Source: Camelus ferus (lineage: Eukaryota). Taken from it: a DNA stretch of 64,000 bases. The stretch lies in the NCBI RefSeq assembly GCF_009834535.1, contig NC_045696.1, forward strand, positions 84,446,001-84,510,000. The letters are read 5' to 3'. The notes below the pieces were generated by a model. It was not told the DNA's origin. It worked only from the letters and a program-made list of their open reading frames with translations, and did not search any database. The translations under genes were made by a program, and so were the position numbers. Of this stretch, positions 38,935-51,544 are shown piece by piece; the stretch's first letter is position 1, and every line of letters begins with the position of its first letter.

Positions 38935-39227
38935 CTCATATACAGGTATGTTTTAATAACATGTTGACAATTTAAGTTTTGCAAGTCCTAGCCTGGAAAT
39001 TGTCACAGGCTCTGCACTCATCCTCTCCTGTACCTTTGTGATGCCAAAGCCTGACAGACAAAGTTATTAAGGTTCACGTAACAGAGGAAAATGCAAAAGA
39101 ACTGTCAGTCCCTAGGATGAAGGCTGTGCAGTGAACACAAATAAAAGCAGTCTTCCACTAACAGATAAGCTCCAGGGAGCCAGGTCTGTTGGATGCACCC
39201 TGGGTATAGGGAGGCTCAATACTCAAT

Positions 39228-39480
39228 CAATAAATAAGTTTGGAGTTTGGGATTAACATATACGCACTACTATATATTAAATAGATAACCAACAAGGACC
39301 TACTGAATAGCACAGGAAACTATATTCCGCATTTTGTAATAACCTATAATGGAAAAGAATCTTAAAAAGTATCTATATTTATCCTCTCTATATGTAACTG
39401 AATCACTTTGCTGTATACCTGAAACTAAGATAACATTGTAAATTAACTATACTTCAGTAAAATAGATAAAAAGAAAAAAA
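39228..39480 (+). mobile_element. 5'-truncated L1 3' end (cetartiodactyl L1_Art-like)
   Basis: Motifs ggagtttgggattaacatatac, aacaaggacctactgaatagcacagg and aatcactttgctgtatacctgaaac, then an A-rich tail. Degenerate TSD aatactcaat (39218-39227) / aatacttaat (39480-39489). Confidence 0.88.
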
Positions 39481-40252
39481 ATACTTAATTGAGGGTAATC
39501 ATTTTGCTTTATTCCCTGTCACAGTGTTAGTCAAAAGGCTGGGCATATCACCAAGCTGACAAGATATTTTCAAATTGGTGCTGGGTGTTAAGAGTCTTCA
39601 CTTCTCTGGCTATGGAGCTGTGAGAATTTGGCAGAGGTCAGAATCTCCAGGTGACTTTTCCAGAGGGATGGGCCAGTCTCAAATAGCAGAGAAGCAATAA
39701 TGAGATGCCTGACAGTATACACATCTCCAGTTTGTCTTCCACAAAGGTGCTAAACCTACCCTCCTTGGCGTGGTTATTTTAACCAAGACATTCTTCATGG
39801 CAACCAAGTAAGTCCTGACTGATGCAAGATGTGAACAAAATTTTTGGAAAAAAGCAGAAATAACAACATATATGTATATATAATCACATATATAATTTTT
39901 TCCAAAAAGTATGGAGATGCTATTTTCCCCTATATATGAATGGTAGTTAAGCTTTACTTTTTGTTTTTGCATCTATTATTAAATTCAGATAAATAACATA
40001 CATTTGTTGTAAAACAAACTCAGGCAAGAACTCTATAAAGTGAAAAGTGGTGCTTCTTTTCTCATACCTTTTCTTTTCTTAGAAGAAGCATGATTATCCA
40101 CCTGTGTGTAACCTGCAAGAAATTCTTAATACACGTTCATATTTGTGTATATAATTTCATACATATAAAACTATGCCACATTTTAGTTGTATACTTTCAT
40201 ACCACATTTTCCCCACAAAAACGGGAAATTTGAGGATCATACTGTATCATAC

Positions 40253-40770
40253 TGTAAGTAGGATGCTTCCAGCTACAAGTAATGAAGTATACAATTAAAA
40301 TACCTTTGACATTGAGGAAAGTCTGCAAGTTCGCATAACAAGTCTGGATGTGGCATCTTCCGGTTGTCTGGAGGTTAAGTGAGTGGCACAATACTGCCTG
40401 GAACATGAAGCTTCCTTTAGCCTGTTTTGATATTTCCCCTCACAGTTACAAGATGACTAAAGCAGTTCCAAGTGTCACAAACAGACATCACAATATCCAG
40501 CAGGGATGAGAAAGGCATGTCTTCTCATGTGTCTCTTTTTACTAGTGGAGACAGCCTTTGCGGGAAGCCTACAGGAAGACTTGACTCCCCAGACATTAGA
40601 AGGGGGGATGTCCATAACTGATGAGTTATGTCAGTCACGTCCCTCCTTCTTCTCCCCGGACTCAAGAGGGCAACATCTTAACTGAACACTCCAGAAGGAG
40701 GAACCCAAACTAAACTCTCTGCCAGCAAGAGAGACTGAAGGGCATGAGGGTTGGTATTCAGTCTACGCAT
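40253..40770 (-). mobile_element. MLT1K/L-like MaLR LTR
   Basis: tgtaagtaggatgcttccagctacaagtaa...cctcacagttacaagatgactaaagcagttccaagtgtcaca...ctctgccagcaagagag. Confidence 0.7.
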
Positions 40771-40889
40771 AGGAGACAAACGTATGAGCTACATGGTCCT
40801 GAAGCTTTATTTAAAAACTGAAAATTATATAATATTTATATAATAAAGCTACCTAATCTTTTCAAATGGAAATATGATATTGATTTTAT

Positions 40890-41012
40890 TTTTAAAATTT
40901 AGGTTGAATTCCCATAAAATAAAATGAACCTCTTTCTAGTTCACAATTCAGTGGCAATTAATGCATCACAGTGTTGTGCAACCACCACCTATAGCTAGCT
41001 CCAAAATATTTT
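40890..41012 (-). mobile_element. L1MB-like 3' end fragment
   Basis: cacaattcagtggcaattaatgcatcacagtgttgtgcaaccaccacctatagctagctccaaaatatttt. Confidence 0.75.
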
Positions 41013-42254
41013 ATGTACTTTAACAACGGCTTTACTTCCCAACTAAAAGCTTACTGATTAATTTTATAACTAGAAGAAAGTAAACTATTTAAGTATCAAA
41101 AAGGAAACTGCGGCTCCCTTTTTTCTCAGAAAGCTTTTCATATTTAGGAAGAAAGTAAGCTCAATTAAAATCCTGCTCTCAGAAAATTTAATATGTCAGG
41201 AACTCATTTTGCCATATTTCTGTCATTACATGATCATTTACATTCCAGTTCTCAACTCTAACTTTAAAAAATTCACAAATATGTTTTATTCTTGAATTTC
41301 AATGTATTGCATATAATTTTAGTTGAAGACTTAGATTTCTGATGCTAAACACCAAGAGAATTAGCCTTCAATGATAAAGTTGATGGACATGAAGACTTTA
41401 CACTTTTATTTCACTTAGCTATATGCAATTTGGTAGTTAGGTAGAGGGCCAGGTAGGAAAAACATACTGCATATCATACCTTAAAAATGCATCCAGTGCA
41501 ATTTATCTGGTTATTTAGGTTGACTATGCTTTCAGAATTTGATCATTATCATTTAATATCATACTGGGATGTTTTCAAATCTGCTGTGCCAGGCACGGAT
41601 TGTTTTTTTTGAACTTGATGTATGTCAAAAGAACTTTGTAGTTAAATATAGACTTGGGATTTCATGGCTAAAGTATGTCTGCTAGAAAAAAATAGAAGTT
41701 TTCAGAGACAAGTTGTTTTCCTTTTAGAGCTTGAAAACGCCAACTTATTACTGGCATGCGTTTCTCTCTCTCTTTCTGTTTTATTATCATTTTTTAAATT
41801 TTATAACACATTTATTTCGATTTTTGCACTGCATACATTGTAATCACATTATGGAATTTGAGAAATCAATTGACTCAGCATTTCTGAAACTTACTATTTA
41901 AATGTGTAGGGAAATTTGTTATGGGAAAGATGAAACTGAAATTATTAAAAGTTGGCAACAGGATTGCCTTCAGTAAAGCAATTCCAAGTTAAGGAATGCT
42001 TTCTTATAACACTAAAGACCGTCGATCTCTATTGTGGTTTATTATGAGATAGTACAGATGAGTAAATTATTAGAGAATTGAGAAACATCACACGTGTGGA
42101 AGTAATCTGAATTCTAATTCATTGGGAAAGATTTAAAGTAAGGAAAAGAAATCAGTAAGACTGTATTTCTATGTACTATTATAAAAGAATGTTGATGCCC
42201 ATCTTGACCACATCTTTGAGTCAAATTGACAAATGTCTTAGAATGGGAAGCTCT

Positions 42255-42495
42255 CTGAGGTACACAACTGAAAGAGTGTAAACTTTGGTTTTAAGCACAT
42301 CTGGGTCCTAATTCTTGCCCTGATATTTGCAAGGTATGCAAACTTGAACAAACTATGCTAATTCTCTAAGACTCCGATGAAGCAATTTTATACAACTACC
42401 TCCTTTCTTCTAAAGAGTATTAGATAAGATGTTTGTAAATAAGTATATTACTTAGGGCAGTGCCAGACTAAGAGTAGGTACTCTAAATTCTAGCT
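42255..42495 (+). mobile_element. MIR
   Basis: gaaagagtgtaaactttgg...ctgggtcctaattcttgccc...cagtgccagactaagagtaggtactc. Confidence 0.6.
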
Positions 42496-42503
42496 GCTTT
42501 ATT

Positions 42504-42535
42504 TATATATATATATATTAATTATATATATATAT
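42504..42535. repeat. Interrupted (TA)n repeat
   Basis: tatatatatatatattaattatatatatatat. Confidence 0.9.
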
Positions 42536-44115
42536 CTCCTTCTGGTAGTTTGAGTTATTTAGATGCTATTACTTTAGATGTATATCATATTGCTTTTAAA
42601 CTAAAACATATTTTGGAAACATGATCTGGACCTATAGTTCTCAATGTGAGTTTACTCTGACATGCCTGAGGGATGGATAACTGTGCACTATGGCAGTGGT
42701 TTCTAAACTCTCTAGGACACCTGTGTGTGCATGCATGCAAAATCCCCAAATAACTCCAACCTCCCTACTCTCTCCATCTTCTCTGCTAGTTGCAATTGAT
42801 CACCACCTGTAAATATGTAAATTAGGACACTTAAATTTTACCCTCATTTGACCCTATGTAGGATATATTTTAAGGTTCAAGTTTTAAAAGGTGAAGAAGG
42901 CATCATTTCAAGTTCAATTCATCTTTGAAATGTAAATGTAACAGAAAGAATCTTGAAGATCCATTATCATCACCAAAATAACATCTATTATTTAGGCTGA
43001 CGTCTATAAGATAACGTTGATGTTGACTGATAAGCCTAATCTCTCAGAGTAACATCCCATTTGTTTTCCTATTATCCTTTTTGATGAATGTTCAGTATAT
43101 GCATCCTAATTACTGGTTGAAGGAATTTATACATGCATGCTCAGATGCTTTCTCTTACTGTCTCTGATGGCTGGTTTTGCTGTGCTTTGTTTTTGTTTTT
43201 GTTTTGAACATATGGCAAACGTGAGGGAGTCAAAGAGGCAAATTTACAGGAAAAGCTAAAGATGAAGTTTCAAAAAAGAACTCATCATTTTTATTTGTTT
43301 TTTCTTCCTTCCCTCATCCCTGCTGCCAGCCTATCAAAGCCACTGTGTCATGAGGGTGCAGGCCAGACTAATAGAGCTTAAAATTCAAGGTACTTCTTTT
43401 TGCTGACCCTCAGTGAGGCAACTTTAAGAAGGGTCATTTCCTGAGAATTTATCAGGATATTCAAATTCAGTAAGTGTATGAATTTGACAAATTTTAGCCA
43501 ACTTGACTTAAAAGGCACAGAGAAGAGGAAACAGATTACCACTGAAACTACCCCAGAGTCTTGGCAATTAAGGACTCACAGTTAAGGATCCTATAATGTT
43601 TCAAAGTTTGTACAACAATCTTTTCATTCTCTTCATGTCTCCACAATGATTAGCATTCCAATATGCCTACATGTCAGAAAAAATATAGACAAAATACAGC
43701 TTTCTGTATATGAAAATACATCACCCAGGGAACAACTGTTTCCAGGAAGATTTTTGTGAGTAAAACATCTCAGTGGTATGGTGTTCTTGTCCACTTTCAT
43801 ATTTCTGTTTATTATGGGATAGTTTTTGGTCAGATTTAGGCATCAACAAAAAACTTATTGTAGGATAGCTACATGATGGAAGCATTTTCATGTAACATTC
43901 TTTGTTTTTAAATCTACTATTTTCTTCTTTTGTATTGTTTATGTGTTGCTAAGAAATATTTTAAGACACACATATTGAATTTTCCTAGATGGAACAGTCC
44001 AATTGATGCTAAAACTTTGTTTAGATATTTCATAAAACAATATCTATTTCTTCACTCAATATACCTTAGTTCAAATTATAAATAACATTGACACAGGTTT
44101 CATTTAAAAAGATCT

Positions 44116-44365
44116 TGGAGAATAGGGTTGGAAGGGATAAACTGGGAGTTTGAAATTTGCTGATACTATTATATATATAATAGATAAACAAGCTTCTACT
44201 ATATAGCACAGGGAACTATATTCAATATCTTGTAGTAACCTATAATGGAAAAGAATATGAAAATGAATATATGTATCTATATGTATGACTGAAACATTAT
44301 GCTGTACACCAGAAATTGACACAACATTGTAAACTGACTATACTTCAATTGAAAAAAAAAAAAAA
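44116..44365 (+). mobile_element. 5'-truncated L1 3' end (camelid-type) with polyA and TSD
   Basis: gggataaactgggagtttgaaatttgc...gctgtacaccagaaattgacacaacattgtaaactgactatacttcaatt, then polyA. TSD aaaaagatct (44106-44115) / aaaaagacct (44361-44370) at a TTT/AAAAA L1-endonuclease site. Confidence 0.9.
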
Positions 44366-44569
44366 GACCTGTTGCAGAGAAGAATGTGACAAAGTATCTC
44401 AATGTCTAGGTCTGGCATTTAGGCACTGTGGAATTGCAGAAGGTTAGCTCCAGAAAGGACCTCACCTGTATTCTTGTCCAACAATTTATAGATCAAGAAA
44501 CGTCTCTAGAGAAGTGAAATGACTTGCCCAGGTCAGAAGAAAGCTCAAGATTAGGTCAAGATCATATTT

Positions 44570-44750
44570 ACTGCAGAAATACTAAATGCCAGGAACTGCG
44601 TTTATATTGCATTTGGAATCCTACAGCAATTTTGTGACGTTGATATTCTTACCCCTGTTGTACAGATAAGGGAGACTTGAAAACATGAGGTGGCTTCCTG
44701 TATACCAGTTAGTTAACATGTGGCTAACTAGGCTTGAACCTAATTATCTT
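44570..44750 (-). mobile_element. MIR
   Basis: tgccaggaactgcg...aatcctacagcaatttt...acccctgttgtacagataaggga...ggcttgaaccta. Confidence 0.65.
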
Positions 44751-45879
44751 TTTGGTATACATAGTGAGTGAATGAATGAACAAATTAATGGACTGACAAG
44801 AAAGATTTCAATGTATCGCTGTCCCACAACACACCATTGGAGCTCCAGTATATAATTATTTGTTTTAGTTTACCCCATTTGCAAAAGCTTAATTGACTTG
44901 TATAACTTTAGCTTAGCACTTTCCACAAAGATTAATGCAATTATAATGGCACATGTCTTTGCTGATAAAAAAAAATGACCTGTAATTATTCAATATTAAA
45001 TATATATGTGCAAATTTCAGACCCATCAAAAACTGATGCCTTGGCCTAATTAACTTTGATTTATGATGTAACTAGGAAATGACTATGAGTGGGCAGATAT
45101 TTAAGTTGTTAAGCTCTTCCACATTATTCTGAAATGGAAATAAGTGTGTGTATTTCATTGCTCAGGAATATGGGTTATCTTTTGTCTTAAAAATTAGAAT
45201 ATTGGGATGTGATTCAAACAATTTTTTTTTAATAATTTGCAACCTAAAGCATTGGTAGACAAACATAATCACATATACATCTAATTATATGATTTTTTAT
45301 GTTTGACTGATTTCTAAAATGATCACAGGTAATTTCTGGGTATAATATGAATTGTAGCTACGTTTTAAAATCAAAGGATTTTAACTGTCTTCATTATGTT
45401 GAGACCATTACCAGCTCTTCCTAGTAATTACACCTCTATACCTACAAAAATATTTAATTCTGCTTGTATAGTAATCAAAATTTGTAACAACTACTTCTTC
45501 ATTACTTTATAGAGAAGGCATAAAAACCCACTAGACCTTACTGGCAGCTAATATTTCTAGTAGGAGAAATAATAGCAAAATGCAAAGAGGTAGTATACTA
45601 TACCTACAAAGAGTGTAAGTAGCTATCAAATGACAAATTCTTTGTTACTGAAATGTACATCTGTTTTGTTGCTGCATTTTTTTGAAAATAGCCTGTGATT
45701 TTTTTATAACACAAGTTAAATCTTTGAAAAAACATTGTCCAGAACACTTTTACAAATAAGACCACAACTTTCTTTTTTAGCATTAGCGTATTAAATTTTA
45801 TAGGGTATAATTCGAGACAAAGTAGCTTGTAGACCTTATTCTATAGCAATGAGTTGTATAAAGTTCCAGTGTATATAAC

Positions 45880-46320
45880 ACAAGAAGATGAGTGTTTATA
45901 TTGGAAGCAAAATGGTCTGGGTTTTAATGCCGGTGTTACTATTTACCAGCTATAGCTTTCTTTTCTCTCTCTGAATCTTAGTTTTTCTCTCAATAAAATG
46001 AGGATATAGGTAATATTTATGTTACAGAATCATTATAAGAAACAAAAATTAAACTAACATGTACTTAGCATTTACTATATGCTTAATAGACATTTTCACG
46101 TAAATCATTATTCTTTTAAATCTGATGTACAATCGGAGTTATAATTCATTCCATTTTCAAGATAAAAAATAATAGCTTTCCTTGTGTTATGTGGTTCAAT
46201 GTGGTAACAAAGAAAGACTCCCTTGATTCAAATTCAGGGGTATTTATTTTAAAACTCCACTAAACCAAGATGTTAATATTGTATGAAAAAATACCTAGTG
46301 CACAGTTAACATTCAGCAAT
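45880..46320. mobile_element. Two oppositely oriented MIRs (plus ~45880-46045, minus ~46060-46260)
   Basis: Plus: tctgggttttaatgccggtgttactatttaccagcta...aataaaatgaggata. Minus: tacttagcatttactatatg...ttccattttcaagataaaaa...gattcaaattcagg. Confidence 0.6.
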
Positions 46321-46561
46321 ACTTGAATATAGGTGGGTGCAGGAGTTTTCTTATATCCAATGTAAAATTTACCCTCTTTTAAAAATCTCTTATTTTTCTC
46401 TTAGCTTCGGTGTAAAAGTAAAACCAAAGTGGTACATTCTGTGTATGTGAATATATAAGTATTTTTTAGTTTATGACCTATCCTTGACTCAAGTTAAAGC
46501 ACTGAACAGTTTTCTCTGGGCACAAAATGGCTTAACTTCAATTTCATTCTCAAGTAACTAA

Positions 46562-46577
46562 CCAACAGGGGGCGTGA
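46562..46577 (+). promoter_or_regulatory. Candidate CTCF motif
   Basis: CCAACAGGGGGCG against the core CCASYAGRKGGCR (one mismatch), in non-repeat sequence. Confidence 0.4.
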
Positions 46578-48249
46578 GAGCACTACTACTAACTATAGTT
46601 GGTCCTTGTCCAGTTTAACAAAAGTTCTTATCTGACAGTCCTAAGACACTTAAAGTATCATTACAGCTGGCCTTAGTATTTGCATTTGCTGTACTAGAAC
46701 TAGTTGCTGAAATTTAGTATATTAATAAAGTGCTGTAACTCGTAGCAATGTTAATGAATCAAGCATTTTGATTAGCAAGGCATGTGCAGGGGAAAAAGTT
46801 AAGATTGGGTATTCAAATGAAAGTAATTAAAATGAACACAGAGCTGAAAATGAAAATGTGATGCACATAAATGGCCCTATTATCTCAAGATAACAGAATG
46901 CTGTTCAGGCAATTTTCCTGTAACTGAGCAGCCCACTAGTTAATTGTCTGTCCCTTCCTTCTCACACTTCCCACTCAGAAGACTTTTGTCTCAGCTATTA
47001 TAATAGAAAAAGTTTAAAGGGGAGAGTCTGAAAAAAGTTTAAGTATGACTTCTTAGAAGAAATCACCCTTCAAAGACATCTAATGGTCTGCCATCACAAG
47101 TTGCTGACCAATGCATTTATCTGGAGGGAGTGAGGAAGGACGGAGTATTGGCTTGTTCCCTGCCTCCCACAAAGACAGTCAGGAGTCCTCCGAACCTTCA
47201 AGCAAATTGTAGAGCTTTGTGAATATAACTTATGTCTTGGAGTTTTCCCCAAACCTACCAGAATGGCATTATTTTTCTTAAGAATCAAAGGACAAGAGAT
47301 GTGAATTATTTCCCTTGAGAGCAAAGCAGGGTGGGAAAAGGGGAGGAGCCAGGTTTAGGGATTTTATGGGAAATGGTGGATTGCAAACTGGTGCTGTGTT
47401 CTTGATTTGGGTCCTTAAAGAATCCACTCCTTCTTACAGAGGTGATTTGTTCACTGGTCATACTCTGGATTTCTTTATCAGCTTGGGTAGGCATTCTGAT
47501 GAGAATTTACCAAGCAAGCTAATTTAGCTCCACCCCTTTCTCTCATATTTCCCGGGCGTATCATTAAAACTACTTTCCAGATGTGTCGGTCTGGTACAAC
47601 AGGATGGCTACTGCGTGTTACATACAGCCCTCAGTTGTAGGGTATGTTGTCTGTGGTCTTATGATTCAAGGATAAAGAAGAATTGCAATTATGTCGATGC
47701 CTCTGGAATCTTCTGTAACTGACTTAAGCCAGAGTTTATCTATGACTTCACCTTCATGAGACCTAAAATGGATCATAACTCTAGGGGAGATCAGAGCTCA
47801 CGCATCAGTTTGGGTGAAAGTGTCTGGACACGAGGTCTGCTTCACATTGAGTACGTGATGCACCAACTGCGTGTCCTTTTCCTGCTGTGGTTCCATTACC
47901 AACTTTGTTTTCCTTTTCTCTGCTTCCCTTCTCTGCTTAGCCCTAAAGACTATTTCTCTGTCTTGCTCTTCTCTGTCATATCATACCTACACTCCACCTC
48001 AGCTGACAGCCACATTCCCAGACATGTTAGAACTTAGATATCTGAGAACTCAAAGAACAACTATAACAGGATGATCAGGCAAACTCCACCTGATGTGGTA
48101 AAGGATATTTATTATAGGGTTCAGAAAGTCTAAATTTATGTCTCAACTATCAATCTTCAGAATTTTGTAAACATTTTCTTAGTATTACATAATTACATTA
48201 AAATTAAAATTAAAACTAAAATTAAAATACTACAATCCTTCCCTCAACA

Positions 48250-48449
48250 GTTGCGCCGAGTTTGTTTTGACAGTCATGGTAATGGATTTTCTCTAATCCA
48301 TCCTCTCTTGTCTAGTTCCTCCCGTGACCAATAGAACTCATTTGGTCAGTAGCCATGGAATTGAGTGAAACTAACCGGCCCATATGGCAATTGAACTTGC
48401 AATCTTGACTTCATTAACACCATGCTCCAACCAGCTGAGCTAACAAGCC
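48250..48449 (-). mobile_element. MamSINE1-like ancient SINE with tRNA-Ile(AAT)-derived head (48376-48449)
   Basis: Reverse complement GGCTTGTTAGCTCAGCTGGTTGGAGCATGGTGTTAATGAAGTCAAGATTGCAAGTTCAATTGCCATATGGGCC resembles tRNA-Ile(AAT). It continues into attggtcacgggaggaac...ggatggattagagaaaatccattaccatgactg, matching the recalled MamSINE1 body. Confidence 0.8.
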
Positions 48450-49724
48450 AAGAAAATTAAATCAGACACTATGTAGGGCTCCTGGTTAATTGCATTTTCC
48501 TCTTTTGGGCTCTTCATTATAACCACTACCACCAATCACCGTCTCTAAAGGGTGAGGATTGAGTCTGTGTGGCTCTTATTCCTTTTGTCCCTTTTCTTGA
48601 AATTATAGCATGGAATGTGTGACTCAAGTTCAGGCAGCAGAGCCATGAACATACATCAGCAAAGTTATGGTACCTAATGTTCTTCATTAGAGACTGAAGT
48701 AGCACATTTCAAACATCCCAAAGGAGGAAAGCTGCTACATTTGTGGACAAAAGGGGTGATGAAAAAGTTTTGGAAAAGCTCTCTGATCCATTTTCTGTGT
48801 GCCTTCTTTCCAGTCTCTGAATCTTACACCTGCCTTTAGTTCCTATCTTCATGCCAGAATATATTTTTGTGCTTTCATGTGAACTCTGGGTTATAAATGA
48901 AACCTGACTTCTGATCATGCTTGATGACCAGCACCTCAGCATTATATCTTGACGTTTAAATCTACTGGGCCTGGAAATGTGGCTTTCTAAGTAGCACTTC
49001 CAAATAACAACATGTCTGTGATTCTTGGTAATTAATACAGTCTTCTACTTACTAGGCAGCAGTGAGAACAGGACCTAATTCTTTCTTTGTCTAAATTGCC
49101 AGGCAAGGTTAATAATAGTTTTGCTAAATTTAATTTATTTCAATTAATTAACATTTTGACACATATGCATTTGTAAACTCCCAAGGCATTTACTAGATTA
49201 ATGTTTTATGATGAACCATCATGTCAACAATATTGTGGCTGAAATGTTTAAATAAGCTCAATATTTGAATGCATCATTGGCATTACTTTATGATGCATTA
49301 TTTAAGATGTTGGTTTTGGAAGGTGAGAGGAGTTGATGATTATAGGCTTGTTGAATGGCTCTTAATACAACTTTTTAGTTGTATTCCTCTGTGGGTTAAG
49401 ACAATTTAGTAAATAATTCAGTAGAATAAAATAACAACTGAGTATTATATGTCTGATCATTATAAACCACCCTAGTATTCAAGTTGTGGAAGAGGAAGTT
49501 TTTGCCTCAATTATTACTTGGAATATTAATCATTAAGTTTATTTTCTTGGAGGACAAAGTCAGTTTTTTTTTTTTTCCTGTAGCTACACAGAGATCATCC
49601 AATTCAACTTCATTATACACGTGGAAAAACAAAAAGAAGAAAGGAAAAATAAGGTGTTCGGGGAGAGAAGGATCTGCCCAAGCAGCATGGTATCAAGACC
49701 TAGGGTAGAGCCCAGGTCTCCAGG

Positions 49725-50118
49725 TGTTATGGTCTGAACTGTGTCCCTCCAGAATGTTGAAGTCCTAATTCCCAGCGTGACTATATTTGTCCCTTTGAGA
49801 AGGTAATTAAGATTAAATGAGGACATAAGAAAGGAGCCCTAATCCAGTAGGACTAGTGTCCTTATAGCAAGAAGAGACACCAGAGACTGACCTCTCTGCC
49901 CCTTGCCCTGTCTCTCCACACATACAGAGGAAATGCCGTGTGAGGACATACTGGGGTGGCCATCTGCAAGCCAGGAAGACAGGCTTCACGAGAAATCAAA
50001 CCTGCTGGCAACGTGATCTCGGACTTCTAGCCTCCCAAACAGTAAGAAAATAAACAGCAGTTGTCTAAGCCTCCCAGTTCAAGGTACTTTGTTACAGTCG
50101 GCAGAGCCGACTAGTACA
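49725..50118 (+). mobile_element. MLT1A-like MaLR solo LTR with 5-bp TSD, inserted into a MIR
   Basis: tgttatggtctgaactgtgtccctcc...gactagtaca. TSD ccagg (49720-49724) / ccaag (50119-50123). Confidence 0.9.
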
Positions 50119-51544
50119 CCAAGTTTCTGCTCAAGTCCTCTGCGCTCCACATCACTGCTTCTGTGGTTACCAGAAAGCAGACATTTCAGCTACGGTGCAC
50201 ATCATTCAACGGTTGTCACAGGCTGACTACTTCTTAGTATAGTAAAGTTAATTTTAAAATCAAATGGTGGCAATGATGGGAATGTTTGGCAGGCATTGGA
50301 TTCCTCCTGCGTTTATAGAGCCTGGCACAGACATCGGCCCTGAGCTGATGATAAACTGCCTTGGGTCTCTCTTCTTTTCACCTTCTTCATTGCAAAGGTG
50401 CTCTCAAAAATAGTCATCTTGTAATTTCATCTGATGAAACTTTCCGTAGTATATCTCTGGAATAGGTAAGGCTGTATCACTTTCTCTTGTCCATTTTCCA
50501 TGCAAAATTCTCATCAGTTTCCTGACCAGTAAAGTAGTCAGTAACCTCTGGAGTCGAAGACTAATGTACAATTTAAAAGTGGGGAAAAAGAACTTAATAA
50601 TTTAGCAAAATTCTTTAAGCATGATACAGATGAAAACTTAAATGATTTTGCTTTACAAGTACCAGTGGTATACATTTTATATTTTTAAGTTTTTTCTTTT
50701 TTTGTGTGTGTGCAGATTATGAATATCACTTAAGGCATGAGAAAGATACAGACTTGAATGGTAAAATTCTAGTAACATTTGCTGGATTACATATTGGTGA
50801 ATTAAATCCTTTTCCTTTCAATACTTGTGTAAAATCAACCCTTGATTTAAGATCTTATTTAGGAATAAGGTGTCAAAACTACATTAAGACCAGAAATCCT
50901 AATCTCACATCCTGTGTTTGCTGCTGCTCCCAAGGTTTGGTTTTGGTACAAAACCATGGATATGGCTTGGGTACAAAATTTCCTCCCTGAGTTAGAATGT
51001 TATTTTATTCAAACTACATTAGGAAAGTTACAAAAATATGATTAAAGTTATTTGATGTTGTTCAAGTATTTGAGTCATAGAGACAGCATGACCCCTTCAG
51101 GTTTCTTTCAGCTCTGAAGAAATAAAATGTTTTTATATGAACGTTTTCTTTGATTCCACTTGAAATTTCAGTTGGGGTTCTCTCAGGGTCCATTATCTCC
51201 AACAGGGACATTGTGAAAGTGAAGGATATTGGAACCACTGAAGCAAAATACCTAAGGTGATCCAATGGCAAAGATACATGTGGTGTTTATTAGTAAGTTA
51301 GTGATGGTTAATTAATTATATTTTTAATTTCATAATAACACTCAGCAAAACTAATTCTTAGAATAGTGAAAAGCAGTTGTATAGCCTTTTACTGGCATGA
51401 TTAAGGAGCTCGGTTCTACTCCCCTTCCAGCACCTGTGTATGGCACGTGATCCTGCACAGGGAATGTAACTATGCAATGTAGGGTAAGAGGGATCTGTTC
51501 TTTCCTTTTTATTTGGCCTGGGTCTTCATACTAGACAGATGGCC

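Noticed and set aside
42504..42535. Cruciform-forming palindrome
   Set aside because: It is a short (TA)n repeat, so the self-complementarity is trivial.
48376..48449. Functional tRNA-Ile(AAT) gene
   Set aside because: The anticodon and T stems are mismatched, the B-box is degenerate, and the sequence continues into a SINE body instead of a poly-T terminator.
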